Below, in pieces: positions 6,979-11,975 of a DNA stretch of 11,975 nt. The DNA is from Azolla caroliniana (taxonomy: Eukaryota > Plantae > Polypodiophyta): the NCBI GenBank assembly GCA_043228905.1, contig JBHGNT010001111.1, positions 1 through 11,975 on the forward strand. The letters run 5' to 3'. Both the position numbers and the translations under genes were made by a program. Position 1 is the first letter of the stretch; each line of letters opens with the position of its first letter. The notes beneath the pieces were generated by a model. That model was given only the letters and a program-made list of their open reading frames with translations, ran no database searches and was not told the origin of the DNA.

Positions 6979-9514
6979 GTTCCTTCTCTTTAAATTTCAC
7001 AAAAAGATTGTCCTTTATATATCGAGATATCGTTAAGGTGTATAAGCTAGAGCCACATGCAAGCAGAAGCCTTTTATACTTTAATGTTGCTTGAATGTTG
7101 CGGTTTGATATTTATCAAGGACAACATGTTCATTACAATGTTGCCAACCCATATCATTGTAAACATTGTCACCCTTTTAGATATAAAATAGTTTCGCGCG
7201 CTTCGAAACCTATGCTTACAATAAAGCTGCATTTAAATTGTATGGCCAAGCTCACTTTCAACCAAAGGGGATTGACTAGCTCTATATGGTATGGCGATTG
7301 GGAAAAGGTACATTAAGGATCAACCATGGGGTAGTGATTGCAAGTTATTATTATTCAAGTTCAAGCTTTACCAATACTTTAAAGTAAACTACTTTTGAAT
7401 TGTATAGACATTTTATTTGTCAATGTAATCTCTAGTTCTCATCCTCGAAAAAGAGGGAGATCACTTTTGAAAGAGTATCCTTTTTTGAGATATGTTTTCG
7501 CATGGTTTTTTATATTGTAGCTCTCAAACACATGAAATTTTAACCTCATTAATTGACAATTCAAGGTGAAGGGGCTTTTCTACAGACGATTGGTTTGACC
7601 TCTCGTTGGTAGCGCACTTGCATATGATGCCAACTGCGGTTTTGTTGCCCCATTCATTCAATGGTCACAATATATTCAAATAGTTTGTACATGGTCCCTA
7701 GCTTTTCTCATGGGAAATCTGGTGTTTGGTTCTCGAGTAAATTATTAGGTTTGTATAGTTCAGAGCACATAAGTTTTGGTCAAAGAGCTTGACTTGGAAT
7801 CGTACTTGAATTACAAGTTGGTTAAGGATTGGAAGCTACTCGATGTGCTCAAACTAGGTCTACATTCATGATTCTTTATGGGCAAGTGATACATGCAAAA
7901 GGAACTTCTAGGACGTGTACTAATTTATTTCTTTCCCCCAACTCTAGCTATTATAATTCCTCTCCCCAACTCTAAGTTCTAACAATACATCATGGCAATT
8001 GCTCTTTAGATGAACAACTTAGATAAATTATCGGCTCCCTCCTAGATAAAATCACTTCCATGCGAAACTTCAGTCTTTGTTCTTGACTTCAAAATCTAAG
8101 CTAAAACATCCACATCATTGTCACTTTTAGTAAGAGGAAATTTTCGAGACACTTTGTTGGCGGTGTTGGTCAACTGAAAATGATGAGTATTTTAAGCCTT
8201 TCAATAGAATATCCACCCAAACTATATGATAACATATTTATTTCCTTTGAATGTCCTTGGTATCTAATAACTATGATGCTTTTGGAATTATTGCTTACAA
8301 AACATCATATAAAGTTACTAGTTTCCGATTTATGCTAAACTCAAAACAACCTTCTTTGGGGACACATTTGACCACAACATAATAGAGCCAAGAGGTAAAT
8401 ATTGTCGTTGAATCGGTTTCCATTTTATGTAGGAATATGTGAAACCTTCACTTAAATTATTTTCTTCGTGCCCATCCAATGAAGGGCATTCCCTAACTCA
8501 TTTATTTTGAAGCCCTCCTAATCAGACAAAGTTAATACATCCTCTCGTTCATACAAAGTTTGTAGAGCAAAGTTCTCTCTAACCTTCTTCTTTCTTTCTT
8601 TCTTTTTCCAAAATGAAGCTACTTTCCCATTAGTTAGGAAGGATTATTACATAGAGAGTCTACAAGGAGACTTATACACACATCGGGGAGTCTTCCTCCG
8701 ATCAAGTAAAAGAAGATGAGCCTACTTACAATGCCTTGTGGCCTAACTTAAATGTAAGAAGCTACCTATTTTCTTGAAAGTTCACTTCAAGAACACTATC
8801 GTTTCTAGGGCAAAAGAAATATCGCACGCTAAACCACAAGGTGAATTGTTTGTCTTTAGCATTTACTATCTAAATGAATACATACACGATATACGATGTA
8901 TGTATGCGTGCATGCATGCATAGTTTGTATATGCACACATTTATTATGTGTTGCCAACATAGCTTGCACGTTCTACCAACAAATTAATTGCTAAGTTTTG
9001 GAGGATTACATATTTTTAATGGATTTCCAAATATGTCTAAAGGTAAGGCGGTAAACCACAAAATTTAAAGTTTGAATGTCAACCTAGAAAGTCCATTATC
9101 GAATGTACACATAATAAGTATGTAACAATGTCTCTTATCCACAATCATGGATAATACAATTCTTTCCCCAAATCACAACTTCTAAATGTTCACTTTTCAC
9201 AACCCTTTGGGTTGAAAACAATGCAAATTTCTTCCTTACTAGTACATATTCCTCAGCTCTATTGGTTTCTACATTTTTCAATTATTGTTAGCCTATCTTT
9301 CTACTCAACTTAATATTTATTCTCCTATGCCTTTCCATGTCCCTACCTTCATCATTAAGTCTACTATAGAAAACACTCTTAAAAACATTCAACTTCCCGC
9401 CATTAGAAGGTTGTAGATATTGACAATCACATTAGAAATGTTTGGTTACTAATGCTATTGGAAGTGTGTTGCAATGCCTAATAGGTCTTTCTCACAATCG
9501 AGTCACAATTATAT

Positions 9515-9696
9515 TGTATGTCTTCCATTAATTCGTGTATATTATAGTCAAGGGATATCCAAGAACAATGGAGAAGATAACAATATTACACTGAACCTCC
9601 CTTATAAATGTATATCTTCCATTAATTCGTGCATATTATAGTTAAGGGATATCCAAGAACAAGAGAGAATATATCACTATTAGACTCAACCTCCCT
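9515..9696. repeat. Diverged tandem duplication, period 94 bp
   Basis: TCTTCCATTAATTCGTG(T/C)ATATTATAGT(C/T)AAGGGATATCCAAGAACAA...AACCTCCC at 9521 and 9615. Confidence 0.9.
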
Positions 9697-9920
9697 GCTT
9701 AGTTTAATCGTGTAATGTAATACTAATAGCTTGCTATAAAAGCTTTTCTTTTAAACGCCTGCCATGAGCGTGCCAAAATTATTCAATAATGCAAAAGTGT
9801 TAAAAGTGCAAATACGCTAAAAGTTTACTAGTTCTGAAGTAATCCATGTGCAAGTGTCACCTAGAGATAGGGCATCCCTGATGTTAGGGATTTCACCTAG
9901 AGCAAGAGAGATTCCATGGG

Positions 9921-10462
9921 GCGCCCTTCCTAGGGTAAGAATAGGTGCATCCTAAAAGAGAAGGCAATGATGCAAAATTCCATAAAAAGACGAGAACTTA
10001 TTGACTTGGGGATTTGGAGAGAAATGCCAAGGTTAGGTGCCCTTCCTAGGATAAGAATAGGTGCATACTAAAAGAAAAGGCAAGGATACAAAATTCTCTA
10101 AAATGGCAAGAACTTATCGAGTAGGGGGATTTAGGAGAAGGCTTTAACGATGGATGAAATGAAATGAGACAATGATTCAAGAGGGTACGTTGGTGGGCTA
10201 CGATTACACAAGTTGACGACCATTTGGGCAGCATTAGGCACCCTTGCTAGGATCAGAATAGTTGCATGTTAAAAGAAAAAGTAAGGATACATGGTTAAAG
10301 ATGAACTACTATTTTTATCTAATAAGGAACTCCAAAATGCTATAAATGGTGCAAGAAAGCTCATTGACAATATGGGATTGAAGAGGGAGACTCAAGCTAT
10401 GACGATGAATGAAAGAAAATGGGACAACGATTCAAGAGGGTCTGTTGGTGGGCTATGATGAC
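9921..10462. repeat. Modular diverged repeats, possibly subrepeats of an old LTR
   Basis: G(C/T)(G/A)CCCTT(C/G)CTAGG.T.AGAATAG.TGCAT..TAAAAGA module at 9921, 10037 and 10238. GACAA.GATTCAAGAGGGT..GTTGGTGGGCTA.GA module at 10168 and 10423. TATA-like CTATAAAT near 10340. Confidence 0.7.
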
Positions 10463-10874
10463 AAAAGACAAGGTGGCCATCAATCAATACTCCGTTCACA
10501 AAACTCATAATCTTCTTCTTACATTCCCATTTAACAGGATGATCACTATTTTCAAAAGCGATTTGTATTTTGAACTCTTGTTCTCTTAGATTAATGTGAT
10601 TTGTTAAGGATGTTTCCCATTTTTTTGTATTAAAGTGTGATTGAAGTAATTGTGTGGCTCATGATCAAACAAGATCCGCTACAGAATTTTTCACCTACAA
10701 TTACCAACACAGAGGGGTAATCTACACGATAAATTGTCTTAGTTCCATGGGAGGCAAGCTTTCTATCTGCTCATTGAAGTGTTCAACATTTTATGTCTTG
10801 AACGAATTGCAGTGAAATTTCAAGATTGCAAAGTAGATTTCATGGTAAAAAGTTATGTTCGGAAGATTATCTTT

Positions 10875-10949
10875 TGCAAATGATGGGAGTTGAACCCACA
10901 ACATCAACTTTTGAGAAACTTGACATCTCGCAAACTGGGCGGCATTCAC
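10875..10949 (-). pseudogene. Degenerate tRNA-like sequence (tRNA pseudogene or tRNA-derived SINE head)
   Basis: 75 nt long. Acceptor-like stem GTGAATG/CATTTGC+A (with G-U pairs) and T-arm GTGGG-TTCAACT-CCCAT with a good B-box. The A-box/D-arm and anticodon arm are decayed. A T5 run lies 24 nt downstream. Confidence 0.5.
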
Positions 10950-11950
10950 ATTTTAAGGGAGAAAGGAACAATGAGGTCAAATTGTTTGCATCCGACATAG
11001 AAGACTAGAACCCTCAAGGTTATTCCTTGAAGCCTTGACTACACAAGCTTTCAATAATTATGTGTTCCCATTAATGTGAGCACTTGAGCTCAAACCACAA
11101 GCTTTGTTCTTCTACCACATGGGAACCCACACCACCAATCCATGATTAAGTGAAGGGTCAAGCACCCAACCCTTGGTTGGGCTTCAATCATCGACAACAG
11201 CCTTCTCCAAGAAGAATATTGGCTCACGTCTCTTACCTTTGTGGAGCACCTAACTCCCAAGACTTGAGAACTCATACTAGATCTTTGAATGCATGAAGCT
11301 TGATTACTCGACTACTGTCCTCGAGGAGGGCAAGCATTCAACATCTTAGGGTCAAACGATACGCTGATCTTAATCCTTGAGGGTGTTCGAGCTCATTCAT
11401 TCCCCCTTTTGAGGGCCTCCTACGCAAGCCTTGAGCTTTATCCTCCTCGATTTGAGGGTTGGGCCCCAAGTTTTACTTTCACATTATAAGAACATATATA
11501 TGCACCCATATTTCCCAGTTAAACAAACATCCATACCCAGATTTTACATATTTTATATTTACTTAGACATATATTACGGGCATGACCATATAATATCCCG
11601 TGGTGAGAATTTACCATAGTATTCTATACACGTGGATAAGTGTGAGGGTTAAATGAGAGTGTAAAGAAGGGGAAGATTACTTTTAATCCTCGGGATTGAG
11701 ACAACCCATTAGGCCAAGTGTGAACTTGCTTGGGGGCCTTGGGTCTTGTTATGAATATGAGGCCTAACCATCCTCATTTCATCATCTCTTGACTATGTCG
11801 AGACTCTATTCTTGTGGTGGGTCAACTCTTGTAGCGAGCGCGCTAGCACCAGGTACGACTCGACGTCATGGTGGTGTTATGGGACGCCGATTGAGGCTCA
11901 AGTCTGTCTCGATCCCTTCGCTCGAGGGTGGTCGGGTGGATTGCCACCCT

Positions 11951-11968
11951 TCTCTCTCTCTCTCTCTC
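11951..11968. repeat. (CT)n microsatellite at the window end
   Basis: TC dinucleotide run. Confidence 0.8.
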
Positions 11969-11975
11969 CTTTCTT

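Noticed and set aside
5950-7983. 14-bp match CTCTAAGTTCTAAC at about 5950 and 7970
   Set aside because: An isolated match of this length is plausible by chance in 12 kb of AT-rich DNA, and it does not extend.
7560-8800. Possible further decayed transposon coding sequence
   Set aside because: Hand translation gave only short, stop-ridden peptides with no motif I can confidently name; it needs a translated repeat-library search.
8896-8922. 27-nt alternating purine-pyrimidine tract with CATGCATG (RY element / Z-DNA)
   Set aside because: AT-rich low-complexity sequence far from the gene; nothing supports a function.
10826-11008. PPR-like fragment (MMGVEPTTSTF)
   Set aside because: A single short resemblance with no repeats. 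The same bases are better explained as the antisense of a tRNA T-arm.
11000-11975. Possible LTR/retroelement terminal region (GC-richer, recurring CTCGAGG/CTTGAGG)
   Set aside because: No PBS, PPT, terminal TG..CA pair or coding domain can be identified within the window.

Overview
Eukaryotic, land-plant nuclear DNA, not prokaryotic. A fern or other non-angiosperm is my guess from the repeat content, but I cannot confirm it. The one clear gene is a 3-exon LLM-domain B-class GATA zinc-finger transcription factor (GNC/CGA1/GATA15-17 family) on the minus strand: exons 5116-4535, 3914-3492 and 3347-3030, about 440 aa, with a long acidic low-complexity N-terminus. Its probable long 5' leader/promoter (about 5117-6050) holds one tiny uORF, a degenerate hairpin-like repeat, five telo-boxes, a perfect (TTAGGG)5 tract and GA microsatellites. 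Directly upstream, on the opposite strand, is an 88-bp tandem array. Each unit is a tRNA-like (Pol III A-box/B-box) head joined by GA-rich linkers, and part of the array is re-duplicated as a 338-bp block. This array is the most unusual structure in the window. The left end has decayed retroelements: a gag/zinc-knuckle remnant and an internally deleted LINE ORF2 remnant. The right half is AT-rich repeat-like intergenic DNA with local duplications and a degenerate tRNA-like sequence. No CRISPR array or prokaryotic system is supported.
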